DNA of 64,000 nt from an uncultured virus (IMG/VR IMGVR_UViG_2675903231_000002) (IMGVR_UViG_2675903231_000002), one strand, 5' to 3'. Counted from the stretch's first letter, positions 27,648 through 38,609 are shown. Translations and numbers: made by a program. The notes: generated by a model not told the origin, from the letters alone.

Positions 27648-28928
27648 CTAGTACCCCCTGTATGGCAAACTGTTGCCGATTCCGTTGATAGCCCAGGGCA
27701 CCTTGTACCTGACTTCGATGTAGCGCAGGGCAGCCATCAGATTGTCGACGGGGTTCCATATGTCCTCGTGCCCGGGCACAGCGAACTCTTGGAACGTAGA
27801 CGGAAGGGTCTGCATGATACCTTCCGCATGCTCATTGCCCGGCCCGCCCGTCATGGGGTCGATGCCCTGTGGATTGTATGCGTATGGATCCCCTCCACTC
27901 TCGTGGGCAACAATGTCCAGGATGTACGGTTCCCACGACATCGGCAGGTCGTCTGCTTGCAAAGCCTGGTCAACCCACGATTTCACCTGCTCTTGATTGG
28001 GAAGATACCCAGATTTGTGAGGTGGGCCCGATGGAGCAATCGGTCCCGTTACCCCAAACATGGGACCCCACTGAGCCACCTTAGGATCGCGTAACCAGGC
28101 GAACATATCTCCTTTTTCGTATTGGCTGTATTGCATAGCGAAAATGGCATCGAACCAGAGCGGATCGACATCGGACTTTTGGAACCCGTACTTTGCGGCC
28201 GCCTGGTAAAGCCGGGTCCAGTCATACTGCATGTTGCCGTCCACCATTTGTGGCGTGATTGTCTCGGTACCTACTCCATCGGTAAAACCTCCAATGGTCA
28301 CGGTCTGCCACTCACTGGTGAAGGTGCCGTCCCAGACCTCGGCCTTTCGCAATTCCCAAACCGTGAAATAAGTGATCTCCGTTGCGATGTAAGACTCCGT
28401 GGTACAACCGTTCTCGTCGCAGACGGTACGTGTTGTCCAAAACTTGTGTATCGTTTCGCCCTGGGCCTTCACCCACGTGTACTGTGGTTTGACGAGTTGA
28501 TAGTAGTCCATCGCGCGCTGTGCTTGGTTTGGGCTCTGATAGCCGTCGATGAACTTGCCCAATGTCAGCAGAACGCTTGCCGGCAGATCCAATTGGTACG
28601 AGCGAACGATCTCTTTTTGACTCTCATCCAAGCCGTCTTGCCAGTGATCGGCCGCAGCCTGATATTCCTGCTGGATGGTGCTATCCACCTGTGACCATTG
28701 TGCTTGATCTCCGTCCAGGTGTACCCCCGTAAACGCGCCAAGATAAAAGGTGCCCGCGGTATTGGACACGACGCTGATGAGGACGTATCCAATTAGGAGC
28801 GGGCCGAGAACGACCATTCCAGCTGCAAGACTGAGCAAAAGGAGTTTCCATGGAGGCAGGTTGGTGATTCTCTTCCACAGGCCGGGCCTTTTGTGCTGAG
28901 AGGTCACCGGGCCCGCCTCCCACCCCAC
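27648..28928 (-). CDS. Membrane-anchored lytic transglycosylase (VirB1-like)
   Basis: N-terminal TM; SLT motifs HESGG, GIMQT, NPVDNLMAALRYI..RY. Confidence 0.85.
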   Translation of the reverse strand: MGWEAGPVTSQHKRPGLWKRITNLPPWKLLLLSLAAGMVVLGPLLIGYVLISVVSNTAGTFYLGAFTGVHLDGDQAQWSQVDSTIQQEYQAAADHWQDGLDESQKEIVRSYQLDLPASVLLTLGKFIDGYQSPNQAQRAMDYYQLVKPQYTWVKAQGETIHKFWTTRTVCDENGCTTESYIATEITYFTVWELRKAEVWDGTFTSEWQTVTIGGFTDGVGTETITPQMVDGNMQYDWTRLYQAAAKYGFQKSDVDPLWFDAIFAMQYSQYEKGDMFAWLRDPKVAQWGPMFGVTGPIAPSGPPHKSGYLPNQEQVKSWVDQALQADDLPMSWEPYILDIVAHESGGDPYAYNPQGIDPMTGGPGNEHAEGIMQTLPSTFQEFAVPGHEDIWNPVDNLMAALRYIEVRYKVPWAINGIGNSLPYRGY

Positions 28929-30331
28929 GGGGAACTGAGATCACTCAGGCCAACCCGGTTGGCCCGTACCCGGGCCTGCTGCATCATGGACTGGGACGGA
29001 TTCTTATAATACTTCCAGTTGATCCTGCTGATCGAGTTTTGCGCGTCGACGACGCGTTTTTCGCCCCGTTGTGAAAGGTTTCTCGCACGCTCCATTTGGG
29101 CTTTGAGCGGTAGGTAGCGATCCTTGGCTTCGTCTCGGCGCCGTATTGCATGCTCATACTCTGCCTGCAGCTGGGCGAACATGGGTGTCCCTTCGTGTTT
29201 TGCCTGTCGTGCTTCATCCAAGCGTGCCGCGGCCACGTTCACCTCGTCCTCAGCGAACTCATAGGCGGCTTTCGCTGATTCGTAAGACGGAGACAAACGC
29301 TGTTGTTGCTCGTCTCCCTCCATCATCCATCTCATGCCCTGTTCCAGTTCGGACTGGTACTGCCCGATACGTGTGAGGTCTTCGGCCGCGTCAGAGTTCG
29401 GGCCGCCTTCAGCAGCTGCACGAAGCAGTTCCACACTCGGAAGGGTGCTGTCGTGATACAGCTTGCTCTCGGCGGAGCGGTCGCCAAATTCCTGCATGGC
29501 CACACCGAGAATATTGTGGGCCCCTGCGTAGCCGCTCGACCTATGCCCAAGGTGAAAGCTCGTAGCTTTGTGGTGAAGGTCCTGTTTCAGTCGCCGACGT
29601 GCTTCTCCAAGAAACGCGTTGGCCGCATTCCGATAGGTCGGACGTTGCTCCAACGCCGCCAGCTTTTCCATGGAGGATGGCATCAGGCGGGTGTGAGCCC
29701 CGTGAACCCGTGAGGCATGGTCGAACAAAGGCGCGTCGGAAGAACCAAACCCCGTGGTGTTCCGGCCCTTTCTCGGTTCGGAACCCGCAGCTCCAGCCTC
29801 AGTAGTGGAGGCGCCAGTCGTACCGGCGGTGCCGGTGGTGTTCAAAACCCGGGCTATCCCAGGGCCACGATGCGTCTGGGAAGTGAACGGATCGAACATT
29901 GTCCAGGCCTCGGCCTCCGGTGACGGCAGCCCCAGCGCCGCGTCATTTCCCCCAGTGAGCGATTCAAAAACGTTACCCGGACTGCTTGATTTAACTGCGG
30001 AGTCATCTCGTCCGGTGATCTTCGGCAAGTGCTTTTTCAAAGACGCTTGCTTGAGAAATGCCCTAGCTCCTGCGAGACCGGCGATTCCCGCCGATGCAGC
30101 CAAGCCTGCAGTGGCTTTCATGGCGTTTACCCCGGCGCCAAGAAATTTCTCTCCCATTCCAATCCCGATCCCTTCCATAAGCCCAGACAAAAGGGCCCCT
30201 GGACCGCTCCGGCCTCCGCCTCCATAAGGGATGAGATGGTCGAGAAAACTGCGGATGAGTCTATGTGATTGCAGCATGAGCACAAGGGCAACTACAGCGA
30301 CGAGAAAATCCAGGAATGGCCCGGTGGTCAT
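28904..30331 (-). CDS. conjugation-region protein (N-terminal TM, C-terminal coiled coil)
   Basis: 475 aa, follows the VirB6-like gene. Confidence 0.6.
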   Translation of the reverse strand: MTTGPFLDFLVAVVALVLMLQSHRLIRSFLDHLIPYGGGGRSGPGALLSGLMEGIGIGMGEKFLGAGVNAMKATAGLAASAGIAGLAGARAFLKQASLKKHLPKITGRDDSAVKSSSPGNVFESLTGGNDAALGLPSPEAEAWTMFDPFTSQTHRGPGIARVLNTTGTAGTTGASTTEAGAAGSEPRKGRNTTGFGSSDAPLFDHASRVHGAHTRLMPSSMEKLAALEQRPTYRNAANAFLGEARRRLKQDLHHKATSFHLGHRSSGYAGAHNILGVAMQEFGDRSAESKLYHDSTLPSVELLRAAAEGGPNSDAAEDLTRIGQYQSELEQGMRWMMEGDEQQQRLSPSYESAKAAYEFAEDEVNVAAARLDEARQAKHEGTPMFAQLQAEYEHAIRRRDEAKDRYLPLKAQMERARNLSQRGEKRVVDAQNSISRINWKYYKNPSQSMMQQARVRANRVGLSDLSSPWGGRRAR

Positions 30332-30346
30332 GCTTATCCGCCTCCT

Positions 30347-31465
30347 TTAGATCCCAATGAACACTCGTGCTATCAGCAGAAACAGCGCCGCGACGAATGG
30401 TAGCAGCATGTAAGCTGTGACTTCTTTCCACCAATGGACGATGAGGTCTACGCGCTTTCCGGTCACGAGACCGATGGCAAACAGGGGCATCAGGGTGATG
30501 AGGATGGCCAGCACGACCCGGCGCCACTGGTACGTCACCCACATGCAAAGATTCACGACGCTCATCAGGAGGTTGAACAAGGAATTCCCGATAAGACTTC
30601 CGGATGAGGTTCCTGCGAACAGTTTCAAATTGGCGATGAAATCGGCGCTAGACTGCGTGCCATCATAGAACAAGAACCCCCAGAAGCTGTTTGGGGCTAA
30701 CTGTTGATCATGAGACGCACTCAAATTCAACACCCACTGGGTCAAGTCAGATACCCCGGCGTTGAGCAAACCAAGTGCGTAAGGAGTCAGACCCAGCACG
30801 AGGCCTGCCACCACAACGTTCTTGGCCAGTGTTGCCGCTCTCTCTTTGGCAATGGCGGACGATGGCGCGTTCTCGATTTGAATGCCTTGAATCACGAATG
30901 AGATGAGCGCGGCGATGGCGACCAGGGCGTACAACGAGTGCTGAACGTACATCATCGCCGACCATGTTTGCGTCGAGAAAATCCCCATCACCCATGAGTC
31001 GTTCTTATCTGGCGTCCAAATGTTGGCCGTGATCATCGCAGCGGGGCCGGTAAATCCAGTGAGTGCCCAAAAGATGGCTGCAAGGGCGTCCAAGAGACCT
31101 GCGAGCACAGCGAATGTCGCGTCCATGAGCCAGCCCTTGATGCCCTCTCCCGAGTCCGTCATGCCTGGCAACTGGATCAGCTGCGAATCAGAGGGCGGAG
31201 AAGTCGTCAGACTGCCACCGGTTTGTCCACCGGAGACCTGAGTCATCTCCCACGACACGAGCGCTGTGAGAGTATAGGCGGAGAGGGCGAGGATCGCCCC
31301 GATGACGATCCATTTCACCCTCCCCAGTGCTTCTGCTTTCTTCTGCGGAGACGTGGAGATTATGGCGATTCCTGCGAGCCCTGTTTGGACGAGGGCGAAA
31401 CCGGCGGCCCCGGCCATAAGAATGGCCAGCACGAAGTGCGTCAAAGATAAAAGATCGTTGCTCAT
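30347..31465 (-). CDS. VirB6/TrbL-like polytopic membrane protein
   Basis: Many TM segments; 'RRVVLAILITLMPL...WWKE' pattern; downstream of virB4. Confidence 0.7.
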   Translation of the reverse strand: MSNDLLSLTHFVLAILMAGAAGFALVQTGLAGIAIISTSPQKKAEALGRVKWIVIGAILALSAYTLTALVSWEMTQVSGGQTGGSLTTSPPSDSQLIQLPGMTDSGEGIKGWLMDATFAVLAGLLDALAAIFWALTGFTGPAAMITANIWTPDKNDSWVMGIFSTQTWSAMMYVQHSLYALVAIAALISFVIQGIQIENAPSSAIAKERAATLAKNVVVAGLVLGLTPYALGLLNAGVSDLTQWVLNLSASHDQQLAPNSFWGFLFYDGTQSSADFIANLKLFAGTSSGSLIGNSLFNLLMSVVNLCMWVTYQWRRVVLAILITLMPLFAIGLVTGKRVDLIVHWWKEVTAYMLLPFVAALFLLIARVFIGI

Positions 31466-31466
31466 G

Positions 31467-33431
31467 TCAATCTGCCACTCCTTCCGTCTCCGCCGCTACG
31501 ACCTTGGTAGACCACAGCCTGTCCTCGGCAGGGGTGGCTTGGTAGTAGGAATAGACGATCTCGCCTCCGACATCCCACCGTACCTGGCCGCGTTCGAACT
31601 CAAAGAGCTGTTCGAGTTCGTGATCTGCCAATGAGAACAGCTCACGCAGCGCGGCCGCATCTTGTCTGTCTTGCCGCAACAGGCACTTAGTGGCTGAGTT
31701 ACGGATAATGCTGGCACCGTATTCACTGGCCGCAAACACTCGGAATTGCTGGCTGGCTGCCACTGCGGAACCGCCACGTTTGCGAATCCGCGTGAAACTT
31801 GTGTCCAGGAACAAGGCCGCCTGGTTCCCCGCTGGTGTTCCCTCGCGGTTTTTCAGCGCTTCTTGCGCTTCGTCCACGAGCACCCGCTTTTTCTGCCCGG
31901 GATTTTTCTTGATAAACCGTTCAATGATCCACTCCAACGCCACGTACATGCCGAGCTTTCGCAAATCGCTGTTTTCGCTTAAACGAGAGAGATCGAACAC
32001 CACAATCGGCGCTTGTGCCAGTCGGAGAGTGCTCTGACAGTCGAACAGGCCCAATGTCTTGCCTGCTGTAACCCGTTCGAGACGGTCGGCCAGGTTCTGA
32101 TACCGCGGATCAGCGGTGGCGACTTTGCGCAGTTTCTGGTAGAAATCCGAGAACTGAGGTTGTTTACGGCGACGGCGCATCTGCAAGGACTGGCCTTGCA
32201 GTTGGTGGGGGAGATCATACAGGGAATTAGGGTCCTCCGTGAATCTGAAGTCCTTGCGGTAAATCTCCTCCCACAGGCGATTGATAAGCGCAATCTCCGC
32301 GCCAGTCAGGTCGTCCGAACCCGTCAGACTGGCGGCGTAGCGGGTGAAGTTGGTCATTTCGTCGATTTTCTCTGCGATGTCCACCCGCGCCTTTTTCTGA
32401 CCGGTGACCGGATCGATGTACTCTTCTTCCTCCAGTTCGCAGGGGTTGATTTTGTCCGGTGCGTCATAGTCGATGGTGACCACCGCTCCGCCCAGGGCCT
32501 TGGCGAGAGGCGGATACTCCCCTTCCCAGTCAATCACGACGGTTTGGATGTCGTGCAGAACGCTGTGGGAGATGAGCATCTTCAGAAAGTACGATTTGCC
32601 GGCGCCCGACACACCACAGACAAACATGTTTGCGTTCGTCAGTCCGTCATGCCACGCGTCGTAGAACATCGGTGCTCCGGAGACCAAGTCGAATCCGACC
32701 AACGGACCGCGGCGATGTGAAAACTGGCTGGAGGTAAACGGAAACATGTTGGCAACATAACTGCCGAACACCTCCATGGGGAACCGCAACTTGTTTATCC
32801 CCAATGGAGACACCGTTAACAGACCTTCCTGCTGAAGATAAGCCGCGTCCAAGAGTTGAAATCCGCGCCCGGGGCCCTCACGCTCCAACGTGGCGCAGGC
32901 TCGTTCCAGAGCCGGCAGACTTTCCGCGCTGACGGTGAGAACGACCGTCAGGTAATACATCTTTTCTTCTCCTGCCTGCAATGCAGCGCGGAGACTGTCG
33001 AGTTCCTCAATACGGCGGCGATTGAAAGTGACGTTTTCGGTTCGGTCAGCCTTGATGTCCATCGCGATCTGCGCTTCAAGGCCTGAGATGACCTGGGTGA
33101 TCTTTCGGATCTGGCGGGCCGAATCCGCAGGTTCGATATGCACCGAAACGTCGACGTCCGCGCCGAATCTGAAAAACTGGTTTAGGAACCCAAAGTGCAC
33201 GCGGTTGGGCATGCGGGTTACCACGTACGTCCGACGGTAACTGTTGGGGGCGATCTCCACGTACGTCGGGCGAAACTGCGCTTGACTGGCCGTTGCTATA
33301 ACGTCCTGGAGAGTCGGGGCGTGCTCTCCCCAGACTTCCTCCAAGGCTTGTTGTTCGCGTTGGCTGTCACGTTTACGCTTGGACGGCTTTTCCTGCTGCT
33401 GTGCGGCTTGTCCTTTGCGAAACCAACGCAT
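31467..33431 (-). CDS. virB4: VirB4-family conjugative ATPase
   Basis: GVSGAGKS, VIDWEGEY, INP, VLVDEAQ, RIRKRGG..ASQ. Confidence 0.92.
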   Translation of the reverse strand: MRWFRKGQAAQQQEKPSKRKRDSQREQQALEEVWGEHAPTLQDVIATASQAQFRPTYVEIAPNSYRRTYVVTRMPNRVHFGFLNQFFRFGADVDVSVHIEPADSARQIRKITQVISGLEAQIAMDIKADRTENVTFNRRRIEELDSLRAALQAGEEKMYYLTVVLTVSAESLPALERACATLEREGPGRGFQLLDAAYLQQEGLLTVSPLGINKLRFPMEVFGSYVANMFPFTSSQFSHRRGPLVGFDLVSGAPMFYDAWHDGLTNANMFVCGVSGAGKSYFLKMLISHSVLHDIQTVVIDWEGEYPPLAKALGGAVVTIDYDAPDKINPCELEEEEYIDPVTGQKKARVDIAEKIDEMTNFTRYAASLTGSDDLTGAEIALINRLWEEIYRKDFRFTEDPNSLYDLPHQLQGQSLQMRRRRKQPQFSDFYQKLRKVATADPRYQNLADRLERVTAGKTLGLFDCQSTLRLAQAPIVVFDLSRLSENSDLRKLGMYVALEWIIERFIKKNPGQKKRVLVDEAQEALKNREGTPAGNQAALFLDTSFTRIRKRGGSAVAASQQFRVFAASEYGASIIRNSATKCLLRQDRQDAAALRELFSLADHELEQLFEFERGQVRWDVGGEIVYSYYQATPAEDRLWSTKVVAAETEGVAD

Positions 33432-34194
33432 CGAGTTTCACCTCCTCTTCGCCCGTCAGGTATTCCTTGAGGCCTCCGTAACGGACGGCATCCCGGGCAC
33501 GGGCATGCACTCGGTCCCGGTTCCAGAAGAACTGGAGCGCTTCAATGGATTCCTCCAGGCTCATGATCTGGGGGGAAACCCGGCATCGGGTCAGTCCGGA
33601 GAGAGCAGTCTCAGTTTCCTGATTGAGCACCCGCAACAAATCATCGGGATCCTTTGTTCCAATCAACCCGGCATCCACCTGGGTAATGAACAGATTTTCA
33701 CGAACTGTACGTTGTTTGTTCCCTTGATCGACCAGGTGAGCTTCTACATGCCGGCCGTATTCCAAGAGCAGGTCCGAACCCCATTTTTCCGCCGTACGTG
33801 TGTAAGTGCGTTGGAAGTCCTGGCGGTAGTCAGTCAAATCCATCCGGCGGCCCTGAACGATAAATTGGACCGGGTTATGGAACATGCCAAACATGGTCTG
33901 GAAGTGATCCCGGATTGAGCGAATTTCTGCTTCCGACAGGGCATACGGATTGATGTTGCCGACTCGAATAAGGCGGCGATAGCCGCCGCCTACAAGCTGG
34001 ATTTCTCCCGTTGGCTCAGCCCGCTCGACGGGCAAGAACTCCTGAAGAGGTCGGACCTTTTTTGGCTTGACCGATACTGACGTCTCATTCTTCTCGCTTC
34101 CGCGCTTTGACTTGCGCAGTTCCGAGATGAGAGTGGCGGCGACAACCGCGGTGAACACGCCGCCGCCCCCTAACCACATCAGCATGTGGTTCAC
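33373..34194 (-). CDS. T4SS accessory membrane protein
   Basis: N-terminal TM; lies between the PrgI-like gene and virB4. Confidence 0.6.
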   Translation of the reverse strand: MNHMLMWLGGGGVFTAVVAATLISELRKSKRGSEKNETSVSVKPKKVRPLQEFLPVERAEPTGEIQLVGGGYRRLIRVGNINPYALSEAEIRSIRDHFQTMFGMFHNPVQFIVQGRRMDLTDYRQDFQRTYTRTAEKWGSDLLLEYGRHVEAHLVDQGNKQRTVRENLFITQVDAGLIGTKDPDDLLRVLNQETETALSGLTRCRVSPQIMSLEESIEALQFFWNRDRVHARARDAVRYGGLKEYLTGEEEVKLDALVSQRTSRTAAGKAVQA

Positions 34195-34586
34195 AGTTCC
34201 ACCCCCTCACGCTTGGCAGCGTCCGCGATGTCGGCAAGCCAGTCATGCATCTCCCGGCGGTGGCGCAACTCGCGGTACGATAAGTCATACCGGTAGATTT
34301 GCGGCTTGAATTTAAACCGAGCTTTCCGCCATACCCAGGTCAGAGCGTTGATTCGCTGTTTCGGTAAGGGGATGACGGCGAGAACCAATCCTGGCAAAAC
34401 CCCCAGTCCTCCTCCCACAATGACGCGGGAGGAGGGGCCAGGGAGAAGGTAAGCCACCAGAGCGCAGAGTGCACCAAGGGGCGCAAACACGGCCAGGCCG
34501 ATCCCAAGAAACAACAGGTGTTTCGTGGTTATAGGACCGATCAGCCTCAGCCCGGTTGAGGAGACTTCGATATATCCCTCTTCCAC
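34191..34586 (-). CDS. PrgI/VirB3-like membrane protein
   Basis: 'IGPITTKHLL' followed by two TM helices. Confidence 0.6.
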   Translation of the reverse strand: MEEGYIEVSSTGLRLIGPITTKHLLFLGIGLAVFAPLGALCALVAYLLPGPSSRVIVGGGLGVLPGLVLAVIPLPKQRINALTWVWRKARFKFKPQIYRYDLSYRELRHRREMHDWLADIADAAKREGVEL

Positions 34587-34611
34587 TGTTCACTCCCCCT
34601 GTTGTTGGTCC

Positions 34612-35016
34612 TTACGCACCAAAGAAGCTCGCGATCCAGGCAGCCAACGCGACGAGAGTTGAGGATGCCAGGCACACCACGATGCCGATAGCACCGTTTC
34701 GGATTTTTTCCATCCCCTCTTGCTTTCTCGTCGCACCACCGTGGATCAAGGAAATTCCGCCGAGAGCAATGAACACCAGACCAAAGCCCGCAGCGGCCGC
34801 GGCGATAATGCCGAATATTCCCATCGCAGCGTCCTTGATGTAGCCAACGATGACGGACTGCGTCACGGTCTTGCCCACCACTTGGTTAAAGGCGTCCGTG
34901 GTGCTGTCTGCAAAGACTGCCTGGGTAGAAAGAGACGTAATGGTCATCATTGTCAGCCAGGTGATGGCTACCCGAATGCCTGGCAGGCGCTTTAGGATCC
35001 TTACGAGGTGCTTCAA
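34612..35016 (-). CDS. VirB2/TrbC pilin-like protein
   Basis: Signal peptide (AVFA) plus two hydrophobic helices separated by a basic loop. Confidence 0.6.
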   Translation of the reverse strand: MKHLVRILKRLPGIRVAITWLTMMTITSLSTQAVFADSTTDAFNQVVGKTVTQSVIVGYIKDAAMGIFGIIAAAAAGFGLVFIALGGISLIHGGATRKQEGMEKIRNGAIGIVVCLASSTLVALAAWIASFFGA

Positions 35017-35044
35017 TGCAACCTCCCTCCCATGTCCTTTCTGG

Positions 35045-35380
35045 TTACATGTGACTGAGGAAAGCCAGAAAACTGAAGTAGACCTGGGGCAGAAGCACAA
35101 TGATGATCTCGGCGACGAACACCCCCGTCACCACTCGTTTGGCCCAACCCGCCAGCGTGGGTGAGTGAAATTTCCACCCGATTAGCCATGCCAACCCGGC
35201 GATCACGAGGAACATTCCGCCGTACGTCAGAGCAAACGACGAAACGCCCTGATACACCGTTGCAATTGCGGTGTTGATTTTGCCCATCATCCCCCCCATA
35301 CTGACTGGGTGAATTCCCATGCTAGACAGGGTATTTAGGCCGATTTGGGACGGGTCCGTGCTGTTGGTTTGCGCCCCCAA
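35045..35380 (-). CDS. second pilin-like membrane protein
   Basis: Two hydrophobic helices; GGAGGTGA RBS before TTG. Confidence 0.5.
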   Translation of the reverse strand: MGAQTNSTDPSQIGLNTLSSMGIHPVSMGGMMGKINTAIATVYQGVSSFALTYGGMFLVIAGLAWLIGWKFHSPTLAGWAKRVVTGVFVAEIIIVLLPQVYFSFLAFLSHM

Positions 35381-35537
35381 GGATGTTTCACCTCCTTCAT
35401 CCAGCATTCCAGAAGTTGACGTTGAAAAAATGCAGAATCGATGCAGGTTCATCCTCGGCTGGAACGTTGAATTATTGGGCTCCATTTCAGCGTTTTGGAG
35501 CACGGATAAAAAAGAGCCCCCGTGTCGGGGGCCTGTT

Positions 35538-35762
35538 TCAACGTTTCATACGAACCATTTCGCTCAACCATGATTGGAAGTCTTTCAATGTTGTTTTGGA
35601 TACCGCTTCTCCGTTGAGCCCGCCGAGTCCAAGCAGGGCAGCTGAGACATCCACTGGGCGTTTGGATAACCACAGGACCACGGAGCGAACCGACTGTTCC
35701 GTTTCACGCGCGTATTCCTCCACCACGCGAGTGAATTTCCGCTGCGAATCCAAAGAAATCAC
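35538..35762 (-). CDS. hypothetical protein
   Basis: Coupled to upstream gene; followed by a terminator-like hairpin. Confidence 0.45.
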   Translation of the reverse strand: MISLDSQRKFTRVVEEYARETEQSVRSVVLWLSKRPVDVSAALLGLGGLNGEAVSKTTLKDFQSWLSEMVRMKR

Positions 35763-36373
35763 CGTTGCTCACCCTCCGTCAAAACACGAACCTGCACGGT
35801 CTGCACGCCGTTTTTCATGCACCGTACCCGGTCTGGGTCGTATATGTCCAAGCGATTTCCGACGATGGCTCCGCCGGTGTCTTGCGCGACGTAGATGTGC
35901 TCGGTCCCGTCGGCGAACCGTACTTGAACCCGAGAGCCCAAAGGAATCACATTCGGGTCCACCGCGACGGTCACGCCTGCTTTCACCGGTGTACCCGTGG
36001 CCGTAATGCCGTTTCCGTTGATTCCACCGGCAGCGTCGTACCATGTGGCAACCATGGGCATCCAACGAAACTGTGGCCGGCCGGCAACATCCACCTCTGA
36101 TTCATTGTCACGTCTCATTTCGAGGTCTGTCATTCCGGTAGCTCGGGAAGACAACTCCGGAAGTGATGTCGTCCACGGTTTGAACTGTGTGGTTTTGGTC
36201 GCCCTGGTATCGTCGGTTGCTTGGCTACACTCAATCCAGTGCGCTTGGACCGGAGGCGGCGCATGTGCTGGTACGGGAGACGGTGTTTGAGCGCTTGGGA
36301 TAGGCGGAAGCAGTCCGACGGCCGAAAGCACTGACGTGGACAGCACGCGCACGCTGGTTCGTAGACGGATCAT
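35759..36373 (-). CDS. 3D-domain cell wall hydrolase
   Basis: 'ITATG...VAVDPNVIPLGS...AQDTGGAIVGNRLDIY'. Confidence 0.9.
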   Translation of the reverse strand: MIRLRTSVRVLSTSVLSAVGLLPPIPSAQTPSPVPAHAPPPVQAHWIECSQATDDTRATKTTQFKPWTTSLPELSSRATGMTDLEMRRDNESEVDVAGRPQFRWMPMVATWYDAAGGINGNGITATGTPVKAGVTVAVDPNVIPLGSRVQVRFADGTEHIYVAQDTGGAIVGNRLDIYDPDRVRCMKNGVQTVQVRVLTEGEQR

Positions 36374-36711
36374 CGAGCATCACCGACGCGGCCAATGCGG
36401 TCGGCGTCAAGCGGTAACCCCCTGATGTCCTTCCACGTGTACAAAGGGATGTCTACAGTCGTGGCTAGGAAGGTTTTAATTCTTGCGCCGCGAGAAAATT
36501 CCCAGCCCGGGAGAAGTGCAACCGCTTGGCAGGACATCAGTTCACGGATGTTTTGTCGCATATACAAGGCCCATGGATCTTCGGGTGCGCGTTGTTCGGC
36601 GGGATTGTAGACGTCCAAGCCAAGATCACGAAGATCGTTGGCGGCCGCGAGAAATTGTTCTCGATTGAGGTTAGGAAGCCCTGACATGGGCCCACAGAGG
36701 TAGACTCGCAC
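36370..36711 (-). CDS. DUF4406 / nucleoside 2-deoxyribosyltransferase-like protein
   Basis: 'VYLCGPMSGLP...YNPA...LLPGWEFSRGA'. Confidence 0.8.
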   Translation of the reverse strand: MRVYLCGPMSGLPNLNREQFLAAANDLRDLGLDVYNPAEQRAPEDPWALYMRQNIRELMSCQAVALLPGWEFSRGARIKTFLATTVDIPLYTWKDIRGLPLDADRIGRVGDAR

Positions 36712-36848
36712 AGATCATCACACTCCTCGGTGTGATCGTCTCACACTGCCGGGGAGCGTACCGTGCATAATTGGCGCAATTCAAAATAGTCCGCTCCTCC
36801 TCGGTATTTGACGAAGAGAAGCGGACTTAATGAGGGGTGGCCGGATGT

Positions 36849-37328
36849 TTAGGACAATGTCAAACTGATTCCCTTCCCGATTATTTTGGCGAGACCGAGT
36901 TGCTGCTCCGTACGTGTGTGTTCAAGAAACGTTTTGGCTGCAGATACGACCCTTCTGCGCAAGTCGGGGTTCATCTGCGCGAGAGCTGCTGCAATGTAAA
37001 GTCGTTTCGATTCGTTACTGTTGTTCTCGAATCGTAGGCTATTGTCAACGTTGAATTCTGGATGAATGCAGTTCACAACACTTACACAGATTCCGCGAAA
37101 TTCCCTTGGTTCGGCAACCAGGTTCGCAAATTGGGCTAATCCTGTTTCCGGCCAGAGAGGAACTTGTACCTCGAGGACAGTGCGTACAAGATTGTCTTGC
37201 TCCATCGTCAAAAACTCATCCTGTGCACCAGTCTTTTCGTGCAATAGAGCTTGCACCTGCGTGATGATATCGTCTAGCCTTCCGCTTGCGAATGGATTGA
37301 TCCTCACCGCATCATGGACATTGGGCAT
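36849..37328 (-). CDS. hypothetical protein, possibly a fragment of a coupling-protein all-alpha domain
   Basis: 'RINPF...DEFL' pattern; no Walker motifs. Confidence 0.35.
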   Translation of the reverse strand: MPNVHDAVRINPFASGRLDDIITQVQALLHEKTGAQDEFLTMEQDNLVRTVLEVQVPLWPETGLAQFANLVAEPREFRGICVSVVNCIHPEFNVDNSLRFENNSNESKRLYIAAALAQMNPDLRRRVVSAAKTFLEHTRTEQQLGLAKIIGKGISLTLS

Positions 37329-37718
37329 CTTTGTCTTCACCTCACGCGAATGTGTAGTCTTTCGGACAGTGTTAAAGTTCTGATTCTCCATTTCGATAGA
37401 CGTTTTCGATGGTCTGCGGTATGCCATTGTTCATTTTGAGAACGATTGCAAACTTTTCATTAATCGACAGACGTTTCGCCGCCTCTCTTGCCTCTTTGTG
37501 TGTCGGAGCACTGTAACAGTGTAATCCGTCAGTATCCCATGCAAGAATAGAAAAGGGAAGTGACGTTTCCTTATCCCCGGGGCAAAAGCCCTGGCCTTGT
37601 GGCGGTTGAGTTCTGGTCAAGTTCGTTTTCATTAGGCTCACCTCCAATCCCCGTTGTGATCGTTCCATAGGTGTGTTGACTCTTCCCGTCTTGGGAATTC
37701 GGCAGATTTGTCTTCACC

Positions 37719-38234
37719 TCATGCGAATGTGTAGTCTCTCGGACGATGAGCCTTCGGATTCGCCACAACTTTGAATTCCCCCGTTGGAAGATGGGGCAAT
37801 TCATTAACGACATACGCGTGTAACGGACATATCTCTCGGATAGCAGGGTCAGTAAACACCTTTGAAGCCTGATTGATCCGAAAGAACATCCACCATTCTG
37901 CCAGGAGCATCAGTCTTGACATCCGTCCCGTATCCGCTTGGGTTACCAGAAGAACGTGCACCCCTTTGTCTTTCATTCGGGGGATCTCGGCAAGCAGCGT
38001 ACTCCAATGCTCTTCGGTGTACGGGTGGTCAACCACAATTGTCGTTGAGGAACGATAATCCTCGGTCAGTATTGACGATAAGTCGAACCCGTTTAACGCG
38101 TAGCCATCCCAAGATCGGATGTTCTCTGTCCCAAACCACTGATTTTTCACCTCCTCCAGGTGCGTGTTGACCCAAACACTTTTTCCAGACTGCGTGTCAC
38201 CGAATGCAATAATGCACGTTCCTCGTTCCGGCAT
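37719..38234 (-). CDS. small P-loop NTPase
   Basis: GDTQSGKS, IVVD, LLVTQ. Confidence 0.6.
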   Translation of the reverse strand: MPERGTCIIAFGDTQSGKSVWVNTHLEEVKNQWFGTENIRSWDGYALNGFDLSSILTEDYRSSTTIVVDHPYTEEHWSTLLAEIPRMKDKGVHVLLVTQADTGRMSRLMLLAEWWMFFRINQASKVFTDPAIREICPLHAYVVNELPHLPTGEFKVVANPKAHRPRDYTFA

Positions 38235-38609
38235 GGTCGATGCCTCCTTCATACCTGCAATCCCCATTGTGGTACATTTGGAGGTCTGAAACATGCACTT
38301 TTGAGGCAAGTATTGATTTGCCACTGTTGTCGACCGATGTGCTGTGTGCGGAGACTGGCTAACCGGAGAGGGGATCAGATGGGTGTTCTTTGTCGTCACC
38401 GAAGACTTATGATGTCGAGCGTGTCGAAGCCGGAGGGGTATGTCGTGAGGCGTAATCTGTACCTGGTGTGGGAGTGGCGGGGACGAGGTTTCCTCGGTAA
38501 ACGTGTCCTTAAGATAGCGGCGCAGGAACCGTCCTGGCATGCTGCAGTTCCTGCGCCATCCTGCTCGTGGGTAACGGGGGATCCGACACTCATGCGCTTA
38601 AGCATGAGG

